From an uncultured virus (IMG/VR IMGVR_UViG_3300000304_000038) (Duplodnaviria > Heunggongvirae > Uroviricota > Caudoviricetes): 20,000 nucleotides of DNA. How positions within the stretch are numbered: position 1 is the first letter of the stretch; each line of letters starts with the position of its first letter. This document shows, in pieces, positions 1 to 8,965 of the stretch. The position numbers were made by a program, and so were the translations under genes. Below the pieces are notes generated by a model. The model saw nothing but the letters and a program-made list of their open reading frames with translations. It did no database searches and had not been told where the DNA came from. The stretch lies in the IMG/VR virus record IMGVR_UViG_3300000304_000038; one strand, 5' to 3'.

Positions 1-102
1 GGTTTTTATTTCCCACGGGATTGCCTTATAAAAGGTTCCCCCGTTAGCAATAAATATTACCTCAGCGATAACTGAAAAAATACAACACAGCCAATTTTAT
101 TT
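1..102 (-). mobile_element. 5' portion of a group I intron interrupting the topoisomerase II B gene (continues beyond window start)
   Basis: The reading frame stops at KIIACCDA inside the Toprim DxDxDG motif. The exon ends in U (GAT GCT|). P1 forms as GCU|AA with UUGGC, with a U.G pair at the splice site. P/Q-like elements UAACGGGGGAACCU and GGCAAUCCCGUGGGAA follow. Confidence 0.85.
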
Positions 103-1590
103 AGCATCACAGCAAGCGATAATTTTTCCATATCTTAGTTTATCTTTGTCGTATACCATCTTACCCGTTTGCGGATTATAATCAAGACCAAGAGCCACAA
201 CTAAATTGTTGATTTCTTGATTCTTCATAATTGCATTTGCGGCTGCTTTGAGTACGTTTAGAATTTTTCCTCGTACACCATATACTGCTTGAAACTCGGA
301 AGAACGACCAGCTACAAGCCCTGATTTTGCTGAGTCTCCTTCGCAGACGAGCAGCTCACATTTGTCTCTATTCTTTGACCAACAATCAGTAAGCTTTGTC
401 GGCATCTTGAATACTTTGTCTTTTTTCTCTGCCTTTTGCCGCACAGCTTCTCTTGCCTTCTTTGCGGCCTCAGCAGCTCGTCTAGCAAGAAGAGCCTTCT
501 CAATGATAACCTTACCATCTTGCGGGTTATTGTCTAACCAAATCTCTAACGCATTGCTAAATACCTCGTTTATAAACGGATTATCTGCGGTACTAGTTAC
601 TCTTACCTTTGTTTGAGAGTCATATCTGATATCTTTAGATACTAAATTGAATACAATTATCATACCCTCTTGAAGAACAGAACCAGACAGAGTTTCTTTA
701 GGCTTTAGTAAACCTTGTTCTTGCCCCCATTTATTGAGTGTTTTGGTAATAGTTCCTTTGACGCTTGTAATCGGAGTACCAGCTTCAATCGGAGCATAAT
801 TGCAAAAAGCAATAATGTTTCCACCATTATCAGAAACAGTCAATCCTAAGTTCAATCTACGATAATCTTTAGTTTCATCTAAAATAAAACGGCTTGTGAG
901 GATTTCTACTTTACTCTTCGTTTCATATTCAAGATAATCATTTAGCCCTTCTGGGTGGGCAATTTCTTTTCCGTTGAAAATATAAGTAAGATTAGGGCAA
1001 ACACAAGTAATCTTATGTGCATTTTCCAAAAGAAGAGATTCATTTGGAATTGCGCTATCAAAAAATTCCTCGCTTGGTTGGAATTCTACAATAACGCCAT
1101 GTTCGTTCTTATCACACCTACCGGTTTCTCTGCGTGCGAATTTTCCTTCATCGAAAAAGACCTTCTCAAAGATTCCATCTCGTTTTGTGGTAGCAATAAG
1201 ATAGTGCGAAAGATAACAAGTTAGAGCGGCACCAATACCAAAAGCTCCAGTAGAAACTTTATATACAGCATCTTCATCTTTATTGAATTTCCCAGAAGAA
1301 TTTACCTCTCCATAGACTAACTCTAGAGTAGTTTTATCTCCTTGTTTATTGTTTGGAAGAATACCCTGTCCCCAGTCTTGTACTGTAACAATATTTTTTT
1401 CGCTGTCTATAGTAACGGATATTTTATCGCAATTGCCAGCAAGATGTTCATCTACTGCATTAGAAACGATTTCTGTTACTAGTTGGGTTGAATCTACGGT
1501 AGAGCCACAGTATACATCTGGCCTATGGCGACAAAACGTTAAAGGGTCCATTCTTTGAATAGAATCTTTATGATAAGTATTATGATTCAT
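103..1590 (-). CDS. gyrB: Type IIA topoisomerase B subunit (GyrB/ParE-like), 5' exon
   Basis: GHKL ATPase motifs (RHRPDVYCGS, EIVSNAVDE, DWGQGI, GAFGIG), YDSQTK, KLTDC, and Toprim motifs EGDSA, RGKILN, LRYGKII. SD-like GAGGGG upstream. Gyrase versus topo IV cannot be resolved by eye. Confidence 0.93.
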
Positions 1591-2653
1591 AAATGACCCC
1601 TCTTTCTATTAAATACTCTATATCAAGATTATCATAGTCTGTATAGGGGATTGTTATTAACTTTAGATTATGACTACAATAAAATTGTTTTTTCCAGTTA
1701 TCCCTGTTTTTAAGTTTCTTGAACCCTTCTTCTCCGCCAAAATATTCAATTGGACGATAATGCTGTTCGCCATTATATTCAATAACTATACTTTGATTCG
1801 GCAAATAGAAATCTGCAAAGCAGCATCTCGTCGTATCGGGATGCTTAAAAGTTTTATTAAAATTTTCTTGTTGAGAAAAATATATCCCCATATTTTGTAA
1901 AATACTTTTAACTTTATTTTCTCCCTTAGAGACAGTGCATTTTCCACAACTTTGTTGCCCGTTTTTTCTAAGAAGAAAGGCAATAGGAACTTGAATAATA
2001 TTTCCGCAATCACATTCAGCTGAACATAACAAGCCTTGATTAGTAGCTCTATCATCCTTAAGAATTTCTATCACTACTAATTTACCAAATCTTTCACCAA
2101 CATAAGATAATGCGCGTCTATATGTTGCACATTGAGGACAATATTTCACATGCCCGCTTTTTAGACTAGAAGATAAAGCTAAGCGGGTTCCTCCACAATC
2201 ACATTGACAGAACCAATAAACTCCACCAGATATTTTGTCTCTTTTATCTGTAGGATATAATGCTGTTAAACTGCCAAATTTTTGACCAGCAATATCTTTT
2301 CTAGACCATATGTTCTTTTTTCCCATATTATATGCATTGATAGTACTTGCTATTTTTTTTCTACATCCACAGGATTTAACTTGTCCGCTATTAATTAAAT
2401 CTATACGAGCCTCAAAAATTTTTCCACATAAAGGGCATATAAATTCTGCCCATCTTCTGTTGTTTCTTTTGGGTATTTCTCTTAATAAGACTACTCCATA
2501 ATTACCAAGCACCCACCCTTTTTCATAATACCTTTCTTTTCTGTTTTTATCGTTAAGAATATAAACTGGTTCATGTGGAGGAGGAAAATGTTTATTAGAG
2601 AGAGAAAGGCTTTGGATAGACTCTTCTGTGTAAATAGTTTTATCTTTAGCCAT
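1580..2653 (-). CDS. Free-standing homing-type endonuclease (repeated Cys-rich modules plus C-terminal PD-(D/E)xK/Vsr-like domain) with a GyrB-like N-terminal 17 aa
   Basis: Repeats of G(Q/E)xFGxL...CxCDCG...SCG; C-terminal FADFYLP...IEYNGEQHY...RDNWK...LITIPY; AT-rich; AGGAGG SD. Confidence 0.8.
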   Translation of the reverse strand: MAKDKTIYTEESIQSLSLSNKHFPPPHEPVYILNDKNRKERYYEKGWVLGNYGVVLLREIPKRNNRRWAEFICPLCGKIFEARIDLINSGQVKSCGCRKKIASTINAYNMGKKNIWSRKDIAGQKFGSLTALYPTDKRDKISGGVYWFCQCDCGGTRLALSSSLKSGHVKYCPQCATYRRALSYVGERFGKLVVIEILKDDRATNQGLLCSAECDCGNIIQVPIAFLLRKNGQQSCGKCTVSKGENKVKSILQNMGIYFSQQENFNKTFKHPDTTRCCFADFYLPNQSIVIEYNGEQHYRPIEYFGGEEGFKKLKNRDNWKKQFYCSHNLKLITIPYTDYDNLDIEYLIERGVIYES

Positions 2654-2661
2654 AAACCTCC

Positions 2662-3117
2662 TTACTCTTCTTCTACGTCCTTGTCTTCGACGCGCTTGCG
2701 AAGCTCACGACGCTTTGCGAGAAGCTTATCCACCATTTCCTTGTATTCAGAGTCTCGCTTGTCGGCAAGATTGCGACAAACGAGAGCATCGTTGTCAATG
2801 GTATTAGCAACACGCTCTAGACAAAGAAAAGCATCCCCAAAATCATAGGTAGGGCAATCACGCTGCTGATGGCGGAGAACACTCATTGCATACTCGACAC
2901 CCTCACGGCGATGGTCATACATGCGAGCCTTGCCGCGAAGCTTGTCGGTCAGACACTTCTGATATGCAAAGAAGATACCGTCCCAGCGATTTGCAATATC
3001 CTTGTCCTCCTCGTGTACCGTACTCTTGTTGGTAAACACGCCGTAGGGGGTATTCAGTGTGACAACCGAGATCCCCGTCTCCTCGTTATACTCCGCTCGC
3101 GTCATCTGGTCAATCAT
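2662..3117 (-). CDS. Hypothetical phage protein (151 aa)
   Basis: ORF with AAGGAG SD, tightly packed in the minus-strand operon. Confidence 0.8.
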   Translation of the reverse strand: MIDQMTRAEYNEETGISVVTLNTPYGVFTNKSTVHEEDKDIANRWDGIFFAYQKCLTDKLRGKARMYDHRREGVEYAMSVLRHQQRDCPTYDFGDAFLCLERVANTIDNDALVCRNLADKRDSEYKEMVDKLLAKRRELRKRVEDKDVEEE

Positions 3118-3131
3118 TTTCTCTCCTTATC

Positions 3132-3935
3132 CTATAGCTCATTTGCTTTTCTAATAAGTTTTTCCTGAATCACATCTATCTTCATCCGAGTTACCGTATA
3201 GATAATATTTTTATTCCACTCTCTTGGACCGTTTCCTGTGACAAAGAATTTATATTCCGTAGCCTCGTTGATATAAAACTTTTGACAAAGCTCTTCAATT
3301 CTCTCTGGGTCTTGCTTTCCCTGCTTGATTTTTAGAATCAGCTCTCCAAAAGGTCCATCGCCGACAGCAAGAATCTCCTTGTAGGGCAAACCTCTATAAA
3401 AGTCTGAAAGCATGGAACAAAGCCGTAGACAATGATATGCGGCCTTAGAATCTTTTCCATTAGATGCTATGACCTTATCAAACTCACGAGCCATCATACC
3501 ACGAAAACTACTAATGGTGCGGGAGGGGTCGCAATAAGCAATCTCTTCTCTAATGCTGCGCAGCTCCTCAAACTCTTCCTTATACTTGAGGTTCACAAGA
3601 GTTCCCTTGGCGAACAAAGTCTCTACAAAGTTGGGATTTTGCTTTAGAAGATATGAAAAATATTTCCGCATATCATAGATAGAACAGATGCCGCTATAAA
3701 AGGCTCTTGAAACATCCTTCTCTTGACTGACCATCGACTCGGGATGAAGAATATAGTGCATATTGGGGATCAGAACAAGCTTTGAGTCAATGTCACTTTG
3801 TTCATCATCAAGACTATAGTTCATACTTCCAACAGAAGAGATAAAAAACCAGTCCATATCGTAAGAGCTGGTACGAGAGACATCAGTCACATGATTTCTT
3901 AGTATATCGTTCAGAGCAGAGACATCAATCTTCAT
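3132..3935 (-). CDS. Pol-beta-superfamily nucleotidyltransferase (RlaP/PF10127-like)
   Basis: GSxNYxL...SDID motif (VGSMNYSLDDEQSDIDSK), KQNPNFVETLF, KAAYHCLRL. Confidence 0.75.
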   Translation of the reverse strand: MKIDVSALNDILRNHVTDVSRTSSYDMDWFFISSVGSMNYSLDDEQSDIDSKLVLIPNMHYILHPESMVSQEKDVSRAFYSGICSIYDMRKYFSYLLKQNPNFVETLFAKGTLVNLKYKEEFEELRSIREEIAYCDPSRTISSFRGMMAREFDKVIASNGKDSKAAYHCLRLCSMLSDFYRGLPYKEILAVGDGPFGELILKIKQGKQDPERIEELCQKFYINEATEYKFFVTGNGPREWNKNIIYTVTRMKIDVIQEKLIRKANEL

Positions 3936-4125
3936 AATCTATATCCTCATAATCCTCACTAAGTTCTTTGCGTTCATGCTCTCGCCGCAAACGCTCAGCT
4001 CGAATCTTATCCTTTGCGGCGTTGCGATTCTTTGGCCCCTTCCAATTGGGGCGAGTAGGCTTGAAACGCTCGAACGTCTCGTATTCATCATCCTCTAGCT
4101 CGATATCCTTTGCTAGATTACGCAT
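3925..4125 (-). CDS. Small charged hypothetical protein (66 aa; likely start MRNLAK)
   Basis: ATG at 4125 overlaps the upstream gene end; GGGGG SD-like sequence. Confidence 0.65.
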   Translation of the reverse strand: MRNLAKDIELEDDEYETFERFKPTRPNWKGPKNRNAAKDKIRAERLRREHERKELSEDYEDIDYED

Positions 4126-4306
4126 TCTTACCCCCATTGAAGATGATGTAGTTGCCGCATTCACAGATTACCACATTGGTATTCTCTGGCTTGTACATCA
4201 CTTTGCCGCATTGCTTACACTTGAACTCTCGCTCCTTCTTCTTGCGGCGAGGCTTGGGAGCCTCGGCTAGACCGCTGAAAACTAAAGCCTTCTGTAGAGC
4301 GTTCAT
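4118..4306 (-). CDS. Small basic zinc-ribbon protein
   Basis: CKQC...CECG motif preceded by a Lys/Arg-rich stretch; AAGGA SD. Confidence 0.7.
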   Translation of the reverse strand: MNALQKALVFSGLAEAPKPRRKKKEREFKCKQCGKVMYKPENTNVVICECGNYIIFNGGKNA

Positions 4307-4323
4307 TAGATAAAATCCTTTCT

Positions 4324-4686
4324 CTATCTTTCCTCAATAAGATGAACCACAGCGGGCACACCCATTTCTTTGGCATATCTAATTGTAAACAAAGTACCCT
4401 TAGACTGTCCATCCCAAAATGCGACTACCTTATCTGCCGCATTTACCATATCTTTGTCTCTCTCTATTGGAGCGTATTTGCCACCATAAACCTCATATTG
4501 TGGCAGATACGCACAGAACTCAATGTTGTTTCTCTTGGCCCATTGTTCGGCTAGAGTGTCGATTCCTGTCGCCCCTCCGCTGATTACCTCTGAATAATCA
4601 TCTGCATCGAGATACCAATCTAGATTTAGAGACTTGATTGACCTTGAGCCGCAAATAAGAAGAATTGGTTTGCTACTCTTGGGCAT
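4324..4686 (-). CDS. YspA/cpYpsA-related SLOG-family protein
   Basis: ICGSR, ISGGATGIDTLAEQWA, RDKDMV and VAFWDGQSKGT motifs. Confidence 0.85.
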   Translation of the reverse strand: MPKSSKPILLICGSRSIKSLNLDWYLDADDYSEVISGGATGIDTLAEQWAKRNNIEFCAYLPQYEVYGGKYAPIERDKDMVNAADKVVAFWDGQSKGTLFTIRYAKEMGVPAVVHLIEER

Positions 4687-4927
4687 TATAAATATCTCCG
4701 ATATCGTATTCTAGATAGTCGTTGATAGAGATATCTAAATTCCTATATTCTCCATCTTTCAGAACAGTCACATAAGGAGTACCATATCTAGTCTCTCTAT
4801 ATTTATCTACTATTTCTCCTCCACTAAATCTATCATTCTCTGTCAGTCTATCCGCTATTACGAATCCAAGCCCTACCAGAGAAAGAATTAGAAAAGCCGC
4901 AATTATTTTATCTACAAAATTATTCAT
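4673..4927 (-). CDS. Small membrane-anchored hypothetical protein
   Basis: N-terminal hydrophobic helix IIAAFLILSLVGLGFVIA; AAAGGA SD. Confidence 0.7.
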   Translation of the reverse strand: MNNFVDKIIAAFLILSLVGLGFVIADRLTENDRFSGGEIVDKYRETRYGTPYVTVLKDGEYRNLDISINDYLEYDIGDIYNAQE

Positions 4928-4944
4928 AAATAATCCTTTTTGTG

Positions 4945-5301
4945 TTAGATATTATTTGTAGCAGAAAGAATAGGAATATGTTCTTCAGAAGGACACCATA
5001 TATCCGTGTCCGCAGAAAAACCATCTATATTGGAACAAGCATATTGATTATACATAATTCTCTCTAGCCCAAGTATCTCTGCGGCCTTAGCTGCAACATA
5101 TAAAAAGTCCTTGTCGCTAACCTCCACACGAACACATTTTCCATAGAAAGGAGGTAGAATATCTAGCATATCCTTTGAACAAAATAGATTTATTTGTTTT
5201 ACTATCTTTTCTTTTGCAAATCTCCCATCAGAAAGTTTACTTAGCTCTTGCCAGAACTCAGGCTTATCGCATTTGTCCTCTATCTCAAAGTAGTAGGTCA
5301 T
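4945..5301 (-). CDS. Hypothetical protein (118 aa)
   Basis: ORF abutting the upstream stop codon in the operon. Confidence 0.65.
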   Translation of the reverse strand: MTYYFEIEDKCDKPEFWQELSKLSDGRFAKEKIVKQINLFCSKDMLDILPPFYGKCVRVEVSDKDFLYVAAKAAEILGLERIMYNQYACSNIDGFSADTDIWCPSEEHIPILSATNNI

Positions 5302-5562
5302 TTACATCGTTGCCGTTCTCTTGGTTGGAATTCTATAGAATATCCAAGAGCCGTTCTCTGTCACATGAATATCGTATTTACTTGGGCATTCGTAGAGCAC
5401 GGGGAAATATGGCTCTAGTCTCCACTTCGTCTCTCTGTTAGAGAAGCCTTTGATGTGCAGAGTATCATCGTTTCCCTCGAAAGTATAGTGAGCATTATAA
5501 TCCTCATTGAGCTTGTCAATGATTCTACCCACTTCCTCCGCAGAATATTCAGTCTTTATCAA
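5302..5562 (-). CDS. Hypothetical protein (86 aa, TTG start)
   Basis: Start overlaps the upstream stop (TTGA); fills the operon gap exactly. Confidence 0.6.
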   Translation of the reverse strand: MIKTEYSAEEVGRIIDKLNEDYNAHYTFEGNDDTLHIKGFSNRETKWRLEPYFPVLYECPSKYDIHVTENGSWIFYRIPTKRTATM

Positions 5563-5837
5563 ACATTCATCACCACACAGGCAATTTCTTTGCTGTTGAA
5601 AATCACGTTACCAAAATCATAGATGGCAATCGCTCGTGGGTCAACACAAAGTTCAGGCCGCACCTTTGCAAGAATCTCTGCAAAAGGCATCCACATGATA
5701 GTTCTAGAGTTCTCCGGCATGAGATTCACGAACACATTGCCACCACTATACTCTGGCTCCGCATTCTTATTATATTCCTTGCAAATACTCTCTACCTCTT
5801 CATCGGTGAAAGTAAGAGCCTCTATCTGTTTCATCAA
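5559..5837 (-). CDS. Hypothetical protein (~91 aa)
   Basis: Start coupled to the deaminase stop; GGAG SD. Confidence 0.65.
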   Translation of the reverse strand: MMKQIEALTFTDEEVESICKEYNKNAEPEYSGGNVFVNLMPENSRTIMWMPFAEILAKVRPELCVDPRAIAIYDFGNVIFNSKEIACVVMNV

Positions 5838-6292
5838 TACTCCAATCGCTCTGCTGCATATCCATCATCAGTACTATAGTATATTTGTCGGATTCCAAGA
5901 GACTTGATATAAGCCATACAAGCTGCACACGGCCTCGACAATCCCCTCTTGGATACGTGTCCGGGAGATATTCGATAAGTATATACCCGAACCTTCCTCC
6001 AGTCAATCTTTTGTGCCACAGGATAGGAAATGGACTTCAGAGCCTTTATCTCCGCGTGAGCCGCATGATTGACTGGCTTGTGAGATTCGTAATTGTTGAA
6101 ATGCCGATAACGATTATACCTCTTCTGGAACGTATCAGACTTCTCGGTATTGCAAGCCGCCGCGATGATGTTGCCTTGATATACGACAACACAACCCACA
6201 TGGAACCGAGGGAATTCGCTCCTCTCAGCTTCCTTGTGCGCAGCCTCAAAATACTTCATATCCGACTTCTTGATACTAACCAAGTTTCCCAT
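5834..6292 (-). CDS. Zn-dependent nucleoside/nucleotide deaminase (dCMP deaminase/TadA superfamily)
   Basis: HVGCVVV, HAE and PCAAC catalytic motifs, GIRQIYY. Substrate not determinable. Confidence 0.88.
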   Translation of the reverse strand: MGNLVSIKKSDMKYFEAAHKEAERSEFPRFHVGCVVVYQGNIIAAACNTEKSDTFQKRYNRYRHFNNYESHKPVNHAAHAEIKALKSISYPVAQKIDWRKVRVYTYRISPGHVSKRGLSRPCAACMAYIKSLGIRQIYYSTDDGYAAERLEY

Positions 6293-6334
6293 AATAAAAA
6301 AGACTCCAAATCTCCTATCTTTCTTACTATATAT

Positions 6335-6363
6335 AGTATACCAGATAGAAGACTTGGAGTCAA
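6335..6363 (-). promoter_or_regulatory. Sigma70/SigA-type promoter TTGACT-17-TATACT embedded in a 19-bp inverted repeat
   Basis: -35 at 6358-6363, -10 at 6335-6340, upstream of the deaminase gene. Confidence 0.8.
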
Positions 6364-6367
6364 CTAT

Positions 6368-6733
6368 TTATTTATGCTTCTTGGCCCACTCTACCGCATC
6401 GTAAGCGTTATCTGCATACCCGCAAGCTAACGCCTTGGCAACAAGAAAGTGCATCTTTTGTAGATTCTTCAAAGATATTTGATCTTTCCAATAGTTTGGC
6501 ATATTGGCAGGCGGCTCTCTCAGAAACAAAAACCATCCAAAAGGGCAAACATCCATAGCCATATTGCTTGCTGCTGTAGAAACTACATCGGCCTCAGTTA
6601 CTCTTCCTTTGTTGGAAGAGGAATAATATTCAGCTAGTTTCTCGTCTATCTTGCGGTCAAAATCTTTTTCCGCATATAGACTTTTTCCTTCCATTTTCTC
6701 CCATGCGGCGCGAGTATCTTCATAATATCCCAT
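6368..6733 (-). CDS. Hypothetical protein (121 aa)
   Basis: ORF 3 nt after the upstream stop. Confidence 0.7.
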   Translation of the reverse strand: MGYYEDTRAAWEKMEGKSLYAEKDFDRKIDEKLAEYYSSSNKGRVTEADVVSTAASNMAMDVCPFGWFLFLREPPANMPNYWKDQISLKNLQKMHFLVAKALACGYADNAYDAVEWAKKHK

Positions 6734-6736
6734 GTC

Positions 6737-6985
6737 TTATAATTCTATTCTACAGGCGCAGAAAGGACAACGCCTCTCTTTATAATTGGAATAATATAGC
6801 TCACTCATTTTCATCGTATGGCCGCAAAGAGAGCATGTTGCAATCTTTTCTATATCAAACGCACTACTACCATAACGCATTCTGATATTGAGAGCATGTC
6901 CAACTTTATCATAGTTGTCCACTAGATTGTCAAATTGGGCGTCCTCTAGGACTGTGCGGCCCTTACGTTTTGTGAATAGTCCCAT
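6737..6985 (-). CDS. Small zinc-finger protein
   Basis: CSLC...CPFC motif; GAGGAG SD. Confidence 0.7.
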   Translation of the reverse strand: MGLFTKRKGRTVLEDAQFDNLVDNYDKVGHALNIRMRYGSSAFDIEKIATCSLCGHTMKMSELYYSNYKERRCPFCACRIEL

Positions 6986-7951
6986 CTATCTCCTCTTATC
7001 ATATTCATCAAATGCTTTGAGCATCTTAGTAATCATAGGATGGCGAACAATATCGCTGTCAGCCATTCTAATAATGCCAGCGCCGGGCACATTCTCTAGA
7101 GAATTGGCGAGATAGTTCAAGCCGCTCTCTCCAGAAAAATCTTGTTGCATGGGATCGCCGCAAGCAACTATTTTAGATTCTTCCCCTATGCGAGTAGCAA
7201 GAAGTTTAGCAAGAGTGATTGAAGCATTCTGCATCTCGTCTGCAAGACAGTAAGTACGATACATAGAAACACCTCTCATATATCCAAGAGGTAGCATCTG
7301 TATTTTCCCCTTATCAATATATTCATCAAGTCTCTCTTTGCCAAGCATTCTCTCAAATACATCCACCATAGGTAAAGAAAATAGACTAAACTTTTCAATC
7401 AAATCTCCGGGTAACGCTCCTAAATCCGCCTCACCTTTTGCATTCACCATAGGTCTCGTGATTACAATCTTATCAATATCTTTATTTGAAAGAAGATATA
7501 GTCCATAGCAAACCGATACCATTGTCTTGCCACATCCAGCACCACCAATGCAAATGGTAATATCATTGTTCCGCAAAGAATCAAGATATCTCTGCTGACC
7601 TTGTGTTCTGGTATGTATCTCCTTCTTTCCATATTTGAGAATCAAACTATCGTCTTGCGGCTCATAGATACCTGCCGCGTCCTTGCTCTGATTGAGAAGA
7701 ATGCCAACCTCATTGACAGTCATTTGCTCGTGATTGGCCGCAATGTCAATGAGCTTGTTCAGCACGGACTCTATCCTCTTCACTTCGTCTATTGGCCCAT
7801 AAAGAGAAATCTCTTCTTCTTTGTTTACCGCAATCTTCACAGCCGTATCCTGACGAATAAGGTTTAGAAACGAATCCTTGGGTCCGAGAACGTCAATCGT
7901 AGAAATGTATCTCGTCGGCAAGGAAATCGTCTGCTGTATATTCTTCTCCAC
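6986..7951 (-). CDS. phoH: PhoH-family ATPase
   Basis: Walker A GGAGCGKT, KIVITRP, LGALPGD, YMRG, DEMQN, TRIGEESK, GDPMQQD, DIVRHP; KH-like N-terminus. Confidence 0.93.
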   Translation of the reverse strand: MEKNIQQTISLPTRYISTIDVLGPKDSFLNLIRQDTAVKIAVNKEEEISLYGPIDEVKRIESVLNKLIDIAANHEQMTVNEVGILLNQSKDAAGIYEPQDDSLILKYGKKEIHTRTQGQQRYLDSLRNNDITICIGGAGCGKTMVSVCYGLYLLSNKDIDKIVITRPMVNAKGEADLGALPGDLIEKFSLFSLPMVDVFERMLGKERLDEYIDKGKIQMLPLGYMRGVSMYRTYCLADEMQNASITLAKLLATRIGEESKIVACGDPMQQDFSGESGLNYLANSLENVPGAGIIRMADSDIVRHPMITKMLKAFDEYDKRR

Positions 7952-8624
7952 ATTCTCTCCGTTCCTTCGCGTTCAGATAATGTAGGAGTCTTGAAGCGCT
8001 CAAATCTATGCGGCCATTCTTGTCCTTGATAACATCCTTCTTGCTCTTGGTGAATACATAGTCTGCGGCCCAAGGCTCATAGAGAAATCTATAGTCCTTC
8101 TTTGGGAGCTTTCCAAGAGATGATGTGATGCGGTCAGTGGTAATCGCATTATAGTCAGACATATGGACGGATGCACAGATATGCTGCGGGTCGGCCAGTC
8201 TAGAGGCATGAAGATGCCCGTGGATGTTCAGTTGATGCGGCCAACAAGCCTCTGGTTCATGGCTCAGAATAACTCGCTTGTCAATATAGACGGGATATTC
8301 GCTCACGCCGTCAAAAAGATGCCATAGAATGTCTCTGTTATCCTTGTCATGGTTTCCATAAACAGCCCACTTCTCACAGCTATGGCTTTCAAAGACCTCC
8401 TTTATCTTTTCAAAAAAGTCCGCAGATGGTCGGCCAAAATCGCCCAGAAAAACAAAAACGCCGCCAGCCTTGTCGCACTTTGTCATCCACTGGTCCCACT
8501 TTAGCAAGATAAAGTCATCGTGCTCTTGAACCGTCTTGAAACGACTACCTCTCTCAAAATCAAGAATCGCCGCATGGCCGAAGTGGCTATCGCTGGTTAT
8601 CCAGTATTTTCTATCAAGCCCCAC
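7893..8624 (-). CDS. Calcineurin-like metallophosphoesterase
   Basis: SDSHFGH, FLGD, GNHD, LSHEP and HGHLH motifs; GTG start. Confidence 0.9.
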   Translation of the reverse strand: MGLDRKYWITSDSHFGHAAILDFERGSRFKTVQEHDDFILLKWDQWMTKCDKAGGVFVFLGDFGRPSADFFEKIKEVFESHSCEKWAVYGNHDKDNRDILWHLFDGVSEYPVYIDKRVILSHEPEACWPHQLNIHGHLHASRLADPQHICASVHMSDYNAITTDRITSSLGKLPKKDYRFLYEPWAADYVFTKSKKDVIKDKNGRIDLSASRLLHYLNAKERRECGEEYTADDFLADEIHFYD

Positions 8625-8712
8625 GTCCGTTTCTCCAATCGAAATAATGATTCAAAGCTATATAAGAGAGGACAATAAACCAAGTCCAACACATAGCATT
8701 TATAGTATCCAT
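8614..8712 (-). CDS. 32-aa hydrophobic peptide (MDTINAMCWTWFIVLSYIALNHYFDWRNGRGA), not in ORF track
   Basis: AGGAGG SD; fills the gap between two genes; one predicted TM helix. Confidence 0.55.
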   Translation of the reverse strand: MDTINAMCWTWFIVLSYIALNHYFDWRNGRGA

Positions 8713-8724
8713 GTTTATATCCTC

Positions 8725-8964
8725 CTAAAAGAGAGATAGAACTATACCTCTACCTGTCCACGTCGGAAGAAGAGTTTCTAGTCTACAATCAAGATATCTC
8801 TCAAACTCTTTCTCGCACATTTCTACCACGTCATAAGGAAAACCACTTAGGTATTCTGGAACTTCTACTTCTAGAAATCTGTCTGGAAACTTCTCATACT
8901 GAAGCAGAATACATTTGTTCCAAGAGAGATCAATGTCTGATTCAAGAAAATCCCTAACTGTCAT
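8725..8964 (-). CDS. Hypothetical protein (79 aa; likely start MTVRDF)
   Basis: ATG 1 nt after the methyltransferase stop, with an AAGGTGG SD-like sequence. Confidence 0.6.
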   Translation of the reverse strand: MTVRDFLESDIDLSWNKCILLQYEKFPDRFLEVEVPEYLSGFPYDVVEMCEKEFERYLDCRLETLLPTWTGRGIVLSLF

Positions 8965-8965
8965 G

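Noticed and set aside
97..102. gyrB as a truncated pseudogene or naturally split gene
   Set aside because: The stop lies inside a recognisable group I intron 5' end, at a conserved catalytic motif.
1545..2605. The endonuclease at 1580-2653 as the ORF of a group I intron
   Set aside because: A U|...G junction can be drawn, but no P7 core or non-coding space exists, and downstream gyrB has its own SD and complete N-terminus.
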